Assembly (NCBI GenBank): GCA_029531755.1
Contig: CM055977.1
Location: 30,430,229 to 30,494,228 of the forward strand
DNA length: 64,000 nt
Source of the DNA: Holothuria leucospilota
Lineage: Eukaryota
Direction: 5' to 3'
Below are positions 38,597 to 50,051 of the stretch, piece by piece. Under the pieces are notes generated by a model. That model saw nothing but the letters and a program-made list of their open reading frames with translations, did no database searches and was not told the origin of the DNA. The position numbers were made by a program, and so were the translations under genes. Position 1 is the stretch's first letter, and every line of letters begins with the position of its first letter.

Positions 38597-38667
38597 AATG
38601 TCATTTTAAGACTGTAGAGTGGGGGCTACAAGCCCATACGAAACAAATTTGTATCTTGAAAATGTCA
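38597..38667 (+). ncRNA. Degenerate hammerhead ribozyme motif copy (core CUGUAGA: A6→U; one helix II mismatch)
   Basis: Same scaffold as the other two copies but with a mutation at conserved core position A6 and a G·A mismatch in helix II, so it is likely inactive. Confidence 0.5.
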
Positions 38668-38847
38668 CAGAGTTTACTTATTATTTGGATTTATACTCGC
38701 TCCCATCGGTTGAGCACTATTTCCAGTGTTGTTTCACAACTATGTATTCTATATATATATATAGAATACATAGTTGTGAAACATCACTGGAAATAGTGCT
38801 CAACCGATGGGAGCGAGTATAAATCCAAATAATAAGTAAACTCCTAT

Positions 38848-38916
38848 GACATTTTCAAGATACAAATTTGTTTCGTATGGGCTTGTAGCCCACACTCTTC
38901 AGTCTTAAAATGTGAT
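38848..38916 (-). ncRNA. Type I hammerhead ribozyme motif (minimal helix III with palindromic AAAUUU loop), in PLE left inverted repeat
   Basis: Minus strand reads AUCACAUUUUAAGA-CUGAAGA-G-UGUGGGC-UACAA-GCCCAUA-C-GAAA-C-AAAUUU-G-UA|UCUUGAAAAUGUC. Core CUGANGA and GAAA are present; helix II is 8 bp with one G·U; the cleavage triplet is GUA; helix I strands are complementary with a 1-nt bulge. Confidence 0.7.
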
Positions 38917-39431
38917 ATCCTAACCGTTACACAATAATAATAACAATATGAAAATCTGAAAGCGCGCCTGGATGCGTCATCAACAAGAGCAAAGCGTCTT
39001 TTATGTATTCAGCAGATTATTATCGGCGTCGCATGCAAACAGTATACGTGCAAGATAGCGGTAGTATAATAAAAGCAAAGCGTCTTATATGAAAATATAT
39101 GTAGGTTACAGAGCAACGGCGTCGCGTGCGAACGGTGTACGCACAAGATAGCAGCTGTATAGTAATAGATTTTTGTGACGTCAGTGCGTTAAAATTTGGC
39201 AAACTGGACGTCATTGCTCATGCGCAAAGGACGAAAGGACCTTAGTTACCACTGTTGTACAAAGGACACCTCACCGTTAAAATAAAGAGGCGCGCAGCGC
39301 AGTGACGTCGATGCACCTATAGAGAAACAGTTTCATATATGAAGAAGCTACAACGGCGTCACAAGCAAACGATATATGCGCAAGATATTGGCAGTATAAA
39401 CATAATAGAAATGTAGAAGCGACTTTTTACG

Positions 39432-41105
39432 TCATTGCAAATCACGAAAGTTATTAAAAGATAATAGATTCTTTTTACGGTGTCTACAGCTGCTTGCCAG
39501 TTCATTCCTATTATTCAAGGAAGACATATGTGGTCTGTAGATGATAAAATATTTCTCGGTTATACAAAGGTTGCACCTTTTACTAGATGTTGAATATGGT
39601 TTACCATATGCAAGGATTCTCCATTTGATCGAGTACGGTACGTTACTGTCTTTTAATGACCAGATATATCGGCTCAGAGTAGTAACGTTCCTCTGGTTTT
39701 CATTTCTGAAACTGCTGCTGTGACCGTTGAATCTTGTTTTGAAGGAATTTTCAGTTAATCCGACGTATGTTTCCACCTTAAGGTTATCATGTCTTGTTAC
39801 TAAGGCTTGATATATTACACCAGATGCTAGGCAGTTACCTTCTAGAGGGCATGGGTTGTCTTTCCGGCAGTTACAGCTTGGAGTATTTCGTGCACGATCT
39901 GCAGTTTTCTCAGCTCTTAAGATCGATTTATTGTGTGAAGTGATGATTTGATGCACATTTGGCATACAACTGTAACTTATTTTGACGGTATTTGGGTTCA
40001 GTATTTTACATAGCTGATGTCCTGGGGGAAAACATTTCTCGAGCAAATTCAAGAACTTCTTACCGACGTTGGTAGCAACGTTTGCACTGTATGGCGGGTT
40101 AAACCATGTTATGTTGCGTTTCCTTTTACGTTTTTCGTTGTTGTTGTTACGGGATGGTGGCTCATATCTCAGTTGGTGCTGATACCCGCTCTTTGTGAGT
40201 GCTTCCTGATATGGCGGTGCCGCTGCGTCAAATACTGCATCATTAGATGATATGGTGGAGAGGCGTCTGTTGACGGCTTTTGGGATATTCTTAATGATAG
40301 ATGGTGGGTGATTGCTTTCCCTATGTACATATAAAGGTGTATTGTTCTGTTTCATGTAAGGCTTGTAGGTGCCGGTTCTCAGGTCTAGCGTCACATCAAG
40401 AAAATCAACAGTTTTCTTATTAGCCTCGATCGTGATCTTCAGAATGTTGCTCGTGAAGACCTTGCATATATCTTTCTTGATAATTTCCGTTTGTCTTGGA
40501 GATTTGCTGCAGAGTGCTAGACCATCGTCTCTATATAGTCCTACATTGATGTCTAAATGCTGAAGTTGAGACAGGATATATAGTCCTATTAGCTCACAAG
40601 TTTCAGCTCCATCATAGCTTCCCATAGTGACATCGAAATTGGAGTTTTCGTGTTTGCACCATGGTAATTCATTATCGTATAATAGGGACCTTTTGGCGTG
40701 GAGTATGATGGTCTTATCTTGTTCGGAGATATTAACATACTCGGAGGCAAAATCGAGAGCTTTTAGAAGAAGTTTTTCCGTGATAGATGGGTAAAACTCG
40801 CAAATATCAAAACAGATGAAAGAATTTCCGGTCACATCGTCAATTTGATTGTACCATTCGATCACCTCGTTAGTATTCCTCCACTGGTTGAGGTTAGTTG
40901 AACTTACAATTTTGGAGTTGATTCTGTCGATGATTTGCTTGCTTATGATTCCAATTTCAGATTTCCTGGGATTGATTAATCTACACGAGGGTTTGTTTAC
41001 GAAGTTTGGTTTATGGTCTTTCAGTGTCACAAAAGCTTGGGCTTTGGCGGTGGTATCAATGCGGTCATCTAGTTCTAGGTCAGTTGCTATTTTCTTGTCT
41101 TTCAT
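39432..41105 (-). CDS. PLE ORF: reverse transcriptase fused to C-terminal GIY-YIG endonuclease (possibly N-terminally truncated)
   Basis: Longest ORF in the window (557 aa); domain order RT then GIY-YIG is diagnostic of endonuclease-positive Penelope-like elements. Confidence 0.8.
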   Translation of the reverse strand: MKDKKIATDLELDDRIDTTAKAQAFVTLKDHKPNFVNKPSCRLINPRKSEIGIISKQIIDRINSKIVSSTNLNQWRNTNEVIEWYNQIDDVTGNSFICFDICEFYPSITEKLLLKALDFASEYVNISEQDKTIILHAKRSLLYDNELPWCKHENSNFDVTMGSYDGAETCELIGLYILSQLQHLDINVGLYRDDGLALCSKSPRQTEIIKKDICKVFTSNILKITIEANKKTVDFLDVTLDLRTGTYKPYMKQNNTPLYVHRESNHPPSIIKNIPKAVNRRLSTISSNDAVFDAAAPPYQEALTKSGYQHQLRYEPPSRNNNNEKRKRKRNITWFNPPYSANVATNVGKKFLNLLEKCFPPGHQLCKILNPNTVKISYSCMPNVHQIITSHNKSILRAEKTADRARNTPSCNCRKDNPCPLEGNCLASGVIYQALVTRHDNLKVETYVGLTENSFKTRFNGHSSSFRNENQRNVTTLSRYIWSLKDSNVPYSIKWRILAYGKPYSTSSKRCNLCITEKYFIIYRPHMSSLNNRNELASSCRHRKKNLLSFNNFRDLQ

Positions 41106-41407
41106 GTTGATGTGATTCTCAGTAGCTTTCGGTGCTTTTTTGTAGGATTTAGTGATATTGTCTGCAAGGAGTTTGTTGTACTGATCGGGTACAACAACGC
41201 GACGCCGTTGCTCTGTAACCTACATATATTTTCATATAAGACGCTTTGCTTTTATTATACTACCGCTATTTTGCGCGTATACTGTTTGCATGCGACGCCG
41301 ATAATAATCTGTTGAAAACATAAAAGACGCTTTGCTCTTGTTGATGACGCATCCAGGCGCGCTTTCAGATTTTCATATTGTTATTATTATTGTGTAACGG
41401 TTAGGAT

Positions 41408-41477
41408 ATCACATTTTAAGACTGAAGAGTGTGGGCTACAAGCCCATACGAAACAAATTTGTATCTTGAAAATGTCA
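41408..41477 (+). ncRNA. Type I hammerhead ribozyme motif, copy in PLE right inverted repeat
   Basis: Plus strand has the identical architecture: atcacattttaaga CTGAAGA g tgtgggc tacaa gcccata c GAAA c aaattt g ta|tcttgaaaatgtca. Confidence 0.7.
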
Positions 41478-41495
41478 TAGGAGTTTACTTATTAT

Positions 41496-41499
41496 TTGG

Positions 41500-41542
<43 letters not shown>

Positions 41543-41598
41543 TATATACATTAATGTATACATATATATATATGTATATATATATGTATATATATATG

Positions 41599-41646
<48 letters not shown>

Positions 41647-41650
41647 TAAT
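41496..41650. repeat. (TA)n / (TATATG)n microsatellite
   Basis: Long atatatat run with interspersed gtatatatat; abuts the PLE right end. Confidence 0.9.
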
Positions 41651-41989
41651 TTGTGATTTAGGCGAAAAACCGTATGAAAAAACGCGACTGTTGGAAGAAC
41701 TCGACCCTTAGGCGAAAAAATCGTTTCGCCTTAACGTTTTACACACTGTTTTATATAGGAATGCGTAACTCTATACGCAAGTCCAATTTACCACATAATG
41801 TTTATGCAATTACTTAGCTGCACACCAACTTACGTGCATGTATCCGTTAACACTAAGGACTTACGGGCCATTGAAATAACGTGCATATATATCTCAGAAC
41901 CAAAAGGGGAAATATAATCTTATGTATTGTATTGTTTTTTTTCTTCACCGGTTGTATTGGTGGCGGTATACCGATTTCGCCTAACAGGT

Positions 41990-41999
41990 CGATCTAGCG

Positions 42000-42074
<75 letters not shown>

Positions 42075-42180
42075 AAATATATATATATATATACATATAA
42101 TCTATGTATATATAGATATATATATATATATCTATATCTATGTGTATATATATATACATATATATATATATATAGATATA
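41990..42180. repeat. (TA)n microsatellite
   Basis: tatatatata… over ~190 bp; the Y/I-rich ORFs across it are artefacts. Confidence 0.9.
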
Positions 42181-42415
42181 TAACGAGAATAAGAAAGTTC
42201 AACGTACCCAAACAATGTACTCCCAACAAAAGGATCCAAATAGGATGCCAGGGTGTTTCTCTCATGATAATATAGAAAGTATAAGCAAAAAAAATAGCAA
42301 GAAACACAACTTTTGCTGCTCCACTATAATAAGTATAATTCAATATGTTTCAGTCATTCGACCTTCCTCAGTTGAACAAATACAGTACACTGGTGATAAA
42401 CACACACCAGAGGGC

Positions 42416-42790
42416 CTACGGGGCAAAATTGATACGCTTTTTGGAATTAAGTTCATTTCTTTTGTTAAGGCCATAGGGGAAAATAGTACGCAATTGGGCA
42501 GTCCAGTAGATTTCATGGCTGAGGAATTTCTTGTTGGTTTCTATGGTATCGGTGATGCGTTCAATCGGGAGAAAAGCTAAGTCAGTTAATTCATGGGGAG
42601 TGTGATTGAAATGGGTGGCTACAACGCAAGTTTTCTTATTAGTAAGCATGTGGGATTTGTGATTACGAAATCTAACTTTAAATTCAGTAGAGGTAGAACC
42701 AATATACTTGACATTACATTTCAGACAAGTTAACAGATAAATAACATTCTTAGTAGTACAAGTGATGTACTGCTTAAAGTGGCCATGACA
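42416..42790 (-). mobile_element. Orphan GIY-YIG endonuclease domain fragment (second, diverged PLE-type EN; no adjacent RT)
   Basis: Minus translation KNVIYLLTCLKCNVKYIGSTSTEFKVRFRNHKSH…KFLSHEIYWTAQLRTIFPYGLNKRNE has the GIY…YIG…R…H…E…N motif order; family differs from the 39432-41105 ORF. Confidence 0.55.
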
Positions 42791-44721
42791 CGTAAATTGG
42801 AGTAACGGGAGACTAATTTAGGCTAAAGTACACAAAAAGCTCTTTCTAAAACTGTTTTCATCACCCTTACAGCCTTGAGCATTAAAAAGAAATTAATGTT
42901 TCAAAAAATTGCACCAAAAAATAGACTGTTGAAAATGAGATTTCAAGCCAACACAATAATGACGTCATTTTAGGAACACCATCCTCCGCATACTGAACCT
43001 GGCGTACAGCATAGCCTATACATAAGTAAGAGATGGTAATGATTGTAATTCGTGGCATGTCTTGAATTTGAACTTTTATTCTGTCTGTTTGGAGAGTGGT
43101 GTCGGTCTGTTATATTTTGGGGCTGCAATAGGCTATTACTAATAATTACAAAAACTCTTGATTCATAACCGAAAAACGAAAAAACTCGGCAGTATACTGT
43201 TCGGTTTGGTCTGCGTACAGTGAGTGGACTGGCAGCAGCCAGTGAATAATACTGTGCACACGCAATCATAGCCTAGGCTACTAGTTCCACGATTTCCACT
43301 GACACTTGCACGAAAGTAACCAAAAGTTCATATTTTGACTGCCTACATAAAACTTTCCAAGCTAAAGTCCCTTTCAATTACTCCAAATGCTTCTAGTGCT
43401 CAAATTGTTGTGGTGTTGTACTTTTACCTCACCTAACACTGTCACAAATCGATACGGTCCTGTGCGCCGTAACGAATTACTCACCCCATCTGCCCCACTG
43501 ACGTCTTGTTCAGCATCGCCTTCGCCTTTCTGATTTCAAATCCAAGAAAACTCACTTTACCGACAGTCCACTGACAATTCCTGTCCGATCAGGGAGTTGC
43601 CATTAGAGGACAACTCCCTGGCTCAGATCCGCCATTCCAAAGAAAGTATTAAATTTGATTTCACATGGTACCTACTACGAAACAGTGCTGGTGATACATT
43701 GTGTAGTAACAGGTATGTTGTGTACGGTACCCATGGAAGTAGTACTTCCATGCTGTACCTATGCTGTTGTGTTGTGAATGTTTGTACATGCAGCTACTCA
43801 TCATGACACCAAGACAAAAAACCTGCATGAAATGCATTTAATTGACTGAAACAAGTGGTAAGCACGAGAAAAGGGATAACAATTCCAAAATTTACAACCT
43901 TTCACGCAGGTTTTACATTGTATTGACCTTGGTAACCAGTACAATGGAATGCAAACACTGTATCAAATGTCCGAAGGATACCACACCAAACAACGATCAG
44001 TTCCTAAAGTGACATCACATGACGTAACAAGATTTTGAGAATTTTTGGAAAGACTAACTTTTCAGGGCTGGAAGAGGGTGTATTTTTTCTCAATTTTCGA
44101 GCGGAAAAACAAGTTGTAAATAAACAGAATGGTTGATTTTCGTTGTAGGAAACGTATTCCTAAGGATACAAAAGGGTTTAAACCGTTAATTTACACGTGG
44201 CATAGCCACTTTAATGTAGTATGAGCGACCTGTGGCGGCACAGTAGAAAATACGAGAAGTAGATGAGTAATTTTGACAGAGGTCACATTTGTTGTTACAA
44301 GTAAAAAAACCGGGGGAGGTAAGATCAGGAATGGGGCACTTATTCTTAAATTTTGAGGGCGCCACTAATTCTTTCAAATTTTTAGTTCTTCTGAGGCTTT
44401 GTTGCATGATATTTGTTGAAAGTCCCAACTTTTTGCTGAACCTCAGAATGTTTGTACATACCAATCTAGTAGCCCTTGAACAGCACTTTGTCTTTCTGCT
44501 TCCAAACCTTCATCTCAGAACTTGTAATTAGTTTACAAATTTTTACATTTACCTTTTTATGGTACTGTATCAGGGGTCCAGGTATCACTCATATTAAACA
44601 TTACCATTTTTTTTTTTTATCAACCTTAGTCTAAAACTAACTTTCAGGCATAGGTTTTTTAGTACCTACTGTGATTACTGTCATACTCATACTTTGACCA
44701 GCCTGTTTGTAAAGCTGTGAT

Positions 44722-45054
44722 TTGATGACAAACAATGGTCATGTACAACTGTATCAAAAGCAGGGTTTGATGCTACCTGGATTGCCAGATATGACACTTT
44801 TGACTTGCAGTATATACCTCAGAAACACTCACTTAGACACCCATGCTTATTTGCTCCACGGGGAAGAGAGACCATATTGTATCCCCTGTGATTGCGATGT
44901 CACTGTCAGTCACATTCTCGTCGACTGCTATGAATACTCCCATATTCGTCAGAAGTATTACACTGTGCCAGACCTGAAGACATTGTTTGAGCACGTAGAC
45001 CCCTCTCTCATTTTGGACTTTCTCAAAGAAAGTAACCTTTACAGAAAGTTTTGA
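44722..45054 (+). mobile_element. LINE ORF2 3'-terminal fragment with CCHC zinc-knuckle (CIPCDCDVTVSHILVDC)
   Basis: 110-aa ORF with a C-x2-C-x7-H-x4-C motif typical of the extreme C-terminus of non-LTR ORF2; no RT upstream. Confidence 0.5.
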
Positions 45055-45742
45055 CATGACTCCCGCATTTGCTTTTGTCTAGACATTTTAGGATTTCCCC
45101 AACGTTTTTACTTTTTAGTTTTACCGTTTTTATCTACAGTAGATGACACTGCATAACACACTAGTGTTGATGTGTCGTTAAGTCCCATCTAACTAACTAA
45201 CTAGATGTTGTAGGAACTGACACTTCCAAAAGGTGTTGAAGAGAAGGAATGCTGGAAATTTATGCATGAATCAGTTGCAACTATGGTGGGTGGTACTGAG
45301 TAGGACTGTCCTGGACTGCTCTCAAATGCCTGGGACTCACTCACATTAATCCTGATACTGCCATGTACTAACTTCATTACCAACTGTAGTTAAATGTGAT
45401 GTTTTTGTGGTACTGTATTGTCCAAGTTTTGTTCACTTAGAATGTCCACATTGGACCAACAAATCAACAGTATACCCCACTCTTTTCAACAATAAGATGT
45501 TTGACTAGCTATGCTCTATTAATACTCTTTACCTGGTGCCCACCAAATTGGTCCAGCTGCAACCCTGGTGTGAATTTATTTTTAGGTTTGTGCTGTCATT
45601 ACATTTTTTTTCTGTTTTTTTTTCTTTATCTGGTATAAAAATATAGACAATTTGTTAAAGAATATTCTTAAATTTGTATGTCTTTAAAATAGCCAATGAA
45701 CTTTCTCTTACCTTTCAGGCACAAGCAAGGACTGGAAAGCTT

Positions 45743-45771
45743 ATGTCTGTCATAAGAGTGGTAGCTGTCAG
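45743..45771 (+). CDS. EXOC4: EXOC4 (Sec8) first coding exon: MSVIRVVAV|S (exon begins at 45719 after acceptor cctttcag)
   Basis: In-frame ATG at 45743; MSVIRVVAVS aligns to human EXOC4 LLISVIRTLSTS; donor CAG|GTAATT at 45772; the phase joins the next exon to give Ser. Confidence 0.55.
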
Positions 45772-46254
45772 GTAATTGTAGTAAGGCTTTTGTAAACATT
45801 CTCTTTATTTAGAAAAACCAGCGACCATGCAACTGTTATTCTTTTAGGCAATGAAGTATAGGATATGAGAAGAACAACCACAGCCACTTTGACATATATA
45901 GTGCATTTGTCAAAGTTGTGTGTATTGATTAACTGACCATAATGTAGAAGGCCTATTTGCTAGCTGCAGTGTAGTGAAAAAGGTTGTGGGATTTTGGGAA
46001 TATATCATGGTTGTGTCAGAGTAAAAAAAAAAGGAAGCTGTTCATGAATTCTTTGGAATCCTGCTATGTGTACATTCAAAGGAAAATATTTAGTTTACAG
46101 CAGCTACAGTATTGTCTGGAAATTTCAGGAAGTGTAGAGTTCAAAAAAATGAGCAGATGTGTTATTATTTTAAAGTTTTGCGATATTGACATCAGTACTT
46201 TTGTTGCTATTACTTTTGCAGATTATTGATTCCTTGCCGAAGGCAGGCAAGGAA

Positions 46255-46335
46255 TCTGTGCGATGGTGATGGCGTGTGTGTGTATGTGTGTGTGTATGTG
46301 TGTGTGTGCGTATGTATGTGTGTGTGTGACGCTGC
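46255..46335. repeat. (TG)n / (GTGTGTATG)n microsatellite
   Basis: gtgtgtgtatgtgtgtgtgtatgtgtgtgtgtgcgtatgtatgtgtgtgtg. Confidence 0.85.
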
Positions 46336-46599
46336 TTGTAAACACTCTATCTCAAGTGCGGTAACCCCAGGTAATCTCATACTTGGCATGTAGATTGCCC
46401 ATATGGAGTAGATGAACCCTATTGTTTTTGGTGCAGGTCAAAGGTCATTTGGGGTCACCAGAGGCAATTTAGTGAATTTCTTTTAGCAGCTGTAACTCGG
46501 TGTGCATTGTTCCAATTGAGTCATAACTTCAGGATAAGATAGACTGGTAAGAGGTGGAAATATTGTAATATGATCCGCATTAATCTGAAAGGGTCAAAA

Positions 46600-47440
46600 G
46601 GTCAGAAAGTGATGTTTTGTTGATATCTCGCCAACGAAACATTTTAGGGGGATGGTGTAATGGAAAGTTGTGTTCGTCTATGTGAAATGCATGTGATGAC
46701 CTACTTTGACCTCAGTTGACCTCATTTGACCTTTTGACCTTTGTGGCTTTTTTGTGACCCCTGGATTCATCTTGTTGAGACAAACCAAAAAGGCAACTAT
46801 AGTACCCTCCTACGATGTTCCTAACTCTAGTTATTGACATTTAAGTGAAATGTTAGGAGTGTATGTGTTATATGCATTGGAATGCAAGGTATGCAGTGCG
46901 ATAACTCAATAACCAAGTGACATAGGGGGATGGCATAATGGAAAGTTGTGTTTGTCTATGTGAAATGCACGTGATGACCTACTTTGACCCCAGTTGACCT
47001 CATTTGACCTTTGTGCTTTTTTTGTGGAGCCTGGGTTTGTCTTGTTGAGATGAACCAAAAAGGCAATTAAACTACCCTACCATGATGCTCCTAACTCAAG
47101 TTACAGACATTTTAGTGAAATGTTGTGATTGTGTGTGCATAATGCATTGGAATGTGAGGTGTGGTGTGATAACTAATAACCAAGTGATAAAGGAGGATGG
47201 CATAATGGAAAGTTGTGTTCGTCTATGTGAAGCACACGTGATGACCTACTTTGACCTCATTTGATCTTTTGACTTCTGTGGCTTTTTTGTGATGCCTGGG
47301 TTTGTCTTGTTTAGACAAACCAAAAAGGCAACGATGCTACTCTTCTATAATGCTCCCAACTCAAGTTATTGACATTTTAGTGGAAGCTAGGTCATGACTG
47401 TGTGTGCATGTTACTCATTGGAATCCGATGTATGACAGGG
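46600..47440. repeat. ~300-bp tandem repeat (≈2.8 units) containing multiple TGACCT half-sites (tgacctactttgacctcagttgacctcatttgacc)
   Basis: Units start 46612, 46921 and 47212 with gggggatgg(c/t)ataatggaaagttgtgtt(c/t)gtctatgtgaaatgca(c/t)gtgatgacctactttgacc…. Confidence 0.85.
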
Positions 47441-47446
47441 GTCGAA

Positions 47447-48095
47447 ATAAGCCTTCAACCTTTGTGGGCCTGCCGGGCCCCTAGCCTATGGAATCTAGGG
47501 GCCAAATGAGAAATCAAGGGGCCCAAAACTTACAAATAAAAAAGGACTGATAAAGTGTATGGGTGCTTTTTACGTGCTTAAAAATGTTTGGTATTGGTAT
47601 AATTAAGGCAAGTTGAGGCTGAAACTAGCCTGAAACCAATCTGTCCACACCCTCTTAGACCATGTTGCATGTAGGCTAGTATACATTTTCAAAATTTTCT
47701 CGTAACTCCAGAAGATATTACCCGGTAAAATGAAGGGCACTGTTCAATTCCCACTTACCGTCTTCGTCAGTTGATCTTGTGAGGCTCCACCTACATTACT
47801 TGTGACTGACATTGGTGTATGTCTGTGTGAGTGATGTGATAAAGCAGACTCTATTAATGATGTGAACTGATTTCAGAAATAATGTGTGTTTTGCAGGTTT
47901 TTAGTGACTGTTAGCATAGGAATGCACAGGCTGTGCGAGATATAAGATCGTTGAGTTGTGGATGGAGAGGTTCATGTGCAGACTGTACAATTAGACTTGA
48001 AATATTTAGGAGCCAACCGGGCCCCTTTCCCTGTAGATGTTACGGGCCCAAGCGAATTTCTAGGAGCATCAGGCCCACGGGCCCCCTTTATTTCG
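47447..48095. repeat. MITE-like element with ~70-100-bp imperfect terminal inverted repeats (GGGTCGAAATAAGCC…GGGCCCC)
   Basis: 47447-47520 vs the reverse complement of 47990-48095 share ggtcgaaataa…gggcc…gggcccc blocks; ~650 bp overall; no ORF of note. Confidence 0.45.
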
Positions 48096-49215
48096 AGCCC
48101 TGTATGAGGGTGCGATTTCTAGAACTGAGTAATCAATTTTTTATTTGAGTCACAAAAGGTTGACCTTATTAACATGATGATATCTTAAGTATGATAACTG
48201 TGAGGGATCTCATGCTTGTCATGTAGGTGATTCATGTTTGTAACAATATATTATATGGCAAGGGATCACTAAGCCCTTTGGCTTTCTGGTTTCTGTCTTT
48301 GGCATTTTGTAGTTATTGTGGTACAGTTTTGCATTGAGATGAAGCATTTCCGCTCAGGAAAGTTGAAACCAGGTTATCAACAGTTTAAAGGCCTGAAGCA
48401 TTGCCCCAGCCAGGGAACTGCCACGCAGAATTGCAGTTTCCTGCCCCAAATGGGGCGGAGCTAGGAAAACTTGCAGTGTCTGTAGGCCTAGCAAAGGTGT
48501 AGGACATACGTGTAGCAAACACACTGCACTGACATGAATGTTCTACATTAAACACAGCTTGTATTTACACTCTTAAATCATCTCCAAATGTGAAAGTTTA
48601 TTTCTTTTAAATGTTCTCGTGAGATGCAAGACTTGTCCCAGTAGTTGAGGACAGTTAAACTGTAGTGTGTGCAGTTTGACCCAATATGAAGTAAGATATC
48701 ATATTCTTGTAAAATTGGTGATAAATGGTACAGTACGTAGGTCATCATAAACACTGTGCTTGCTCCCAAGGTTCATAATGCACAAGACCCCAGTTGTTTC
48801 TGTTGCACAATCTAACAAGTGACAACAATGTGAACACTGCCCTCATCCCAAACAAGCAGCCCTTCACCTATACCAATCACCAGATTGAACTGTCTCTAGT
48901 GCCCTATCCATGTTTTGTATGTTAAGTTTTCAATTTTTGCTGCTTAACATTTAAGTTCTACAAACATATGAAAAATGAATTTGAAATTGAAGTTAAATTA
49001 GGTTGTAGGTCTTGTTTTAGTGGACTTATCACTTTGATGCTATGAGTTGAAAATCTTGACCAGGACTACTTCCAAATGGAGCATTGAGGGAAAGTTTGAA
49101 GTTAAGGTGGGCGAGTGCCTGGTTTTCATAGCCTAGCTAGAGCCCTGGATAAGCTAACTAAGGCATTATAGTAGATTTTGTGTAACTGATTTTGTGTCAT
49201 TTTGTTATTTTTCAG

Positions 49216-49304
49216 TGACAATGATGAGCAACGCAATGTTGAAAAGTCAAAGCTTGAGAGTGCTTTCCAAGAGTGTGATGAAAGACTGGATAAATTAATA
49301 TCAG
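49216..49304 (+). CDS. EXOC4: EXOC4 coding exon 2 (DNDEQRNVEKSKLESAFQECDERLDKLIS)
   Basis: Aligns to human EXOC4 [29 protein letters not shown]; acceptor ttatttttcag| and donor CAG|GTAAAT are present. Confidence 0.8.
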
Positions 49305-49849
49305 GTAAATTATGTTAGAACTAACTTGAAATGTATGAATTGTTAAACATGTTCATAAAAGTTCTGAAATGAAGACCCTGCTCTTCCCCAGCAAAGTTTA
49401 GCTCTTTTGACACGTAAATCTATAGTGTATCATATTAGTACATACTGTACTCTATTGTACCTGGGAGTCCCTTACATCAATGTGATAATCTTGTTTGTTA
49501 AGTTTCTTTTAAATTAAGATTTTCTTTTCTTATTCTTTGCATTTGTTTGGAGATAAGAAACAAACACTTGAGGCAATTAGAGCTTGTCATTATGGAATAA
49601 TTGGTTGTGCAACGACTTGCATAAATCAGTGCATGGGTAGAAGAAAAAATCAGGAATCTGGGAAGCTCCTTGGTGGGAAATTTTGGAATTAGGAGGGAAA
49701 ATTTTCTTTTTTGTACAGGAAAATATTAAAGAAATTGTGAGAAATTTGAATTGCTTCCTGGGAACTATACATTTTCCTGCCCTGCATGATATACTTGTAT
49801 TTTGTTATGTATTCATCTTACACTATCAGCTTTACTGATCTTTTCCTAG

Positions 49850-50051
49850 AAAATTACGAGATTTTGACCAAAACAATCCAAGCATACAGTAGCATATCTG
49901 GAAGAATCAAAACATCACGTGAACGAATCAAACAAGTCAAGGGAGACCTCAACTCCTGTAAAGAACTTTTACATTGCCGACGTGATGAGTTGAAGAAGCT
50001 GTGGTTAGAAGGAATAGAACAGAAGCAAGTGCTTTCACTTCTAGACCAAAT
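49850..50051 (+). CDS. EXOC4: EXOC4 coding exon 3 (ENYEILTKTIQAYSSISGRIKTSRERIKQVKGDLNSCKELLHCRRDELKKLWLEGIEQKQVLSLLDQ)
   Basis: Aligns to human [67 protein letters not shown]; acceptor ttttcctag| and donor AT|GTAAGA are present; phases are consistent. Confidence 0.85.

Larger units (their letters stand above)
38597..41500 (-). mobile_element. Penelope-like element (PLE): RT + GIY-YIG endonuclease ORF flanked by inverted pLTR-like repeats carrying hammerhead ribozyme motifs
   Basis: 557-aa minus ORF with RT motifs (…FICFDICEFYPSI…, GLYRDDGLAL) followed by a Zn-finger/GIY-YIG domain (GVIYQ…YVGLTENSFKTRFNGH…CNLC). Flanking segments 38810-39060 and 41260-41500 are reverse complements; an extra hairpin copy at 38620-38890 sits around a (TA)n; three ~110-bp tandem units at 39010-39430. 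Confidence 0.8.

Noticed and set aside
39020-39214. 64-aa ORF with repeated CAYTVRTRRRCS motif
   Set aside because: Arises from ~110-bp tandem repeats in the PLE 3' region; the periodic peptide is an artefact.
41496-42343. ORFs encoding poly-(Y/I) peptides
   Set aside because: Translations of (TA)n microsatellites.
43597-43806. Candidate EXOC4 5' exon (…YLLRNSAGDTLCSNR|gtatgt)
   Set aside because: Phase is incompatible with the exon starting at 45719, and similarity to Sec8 N-terminus is negligible. The in-frame ATG at 45743 is sufficient.
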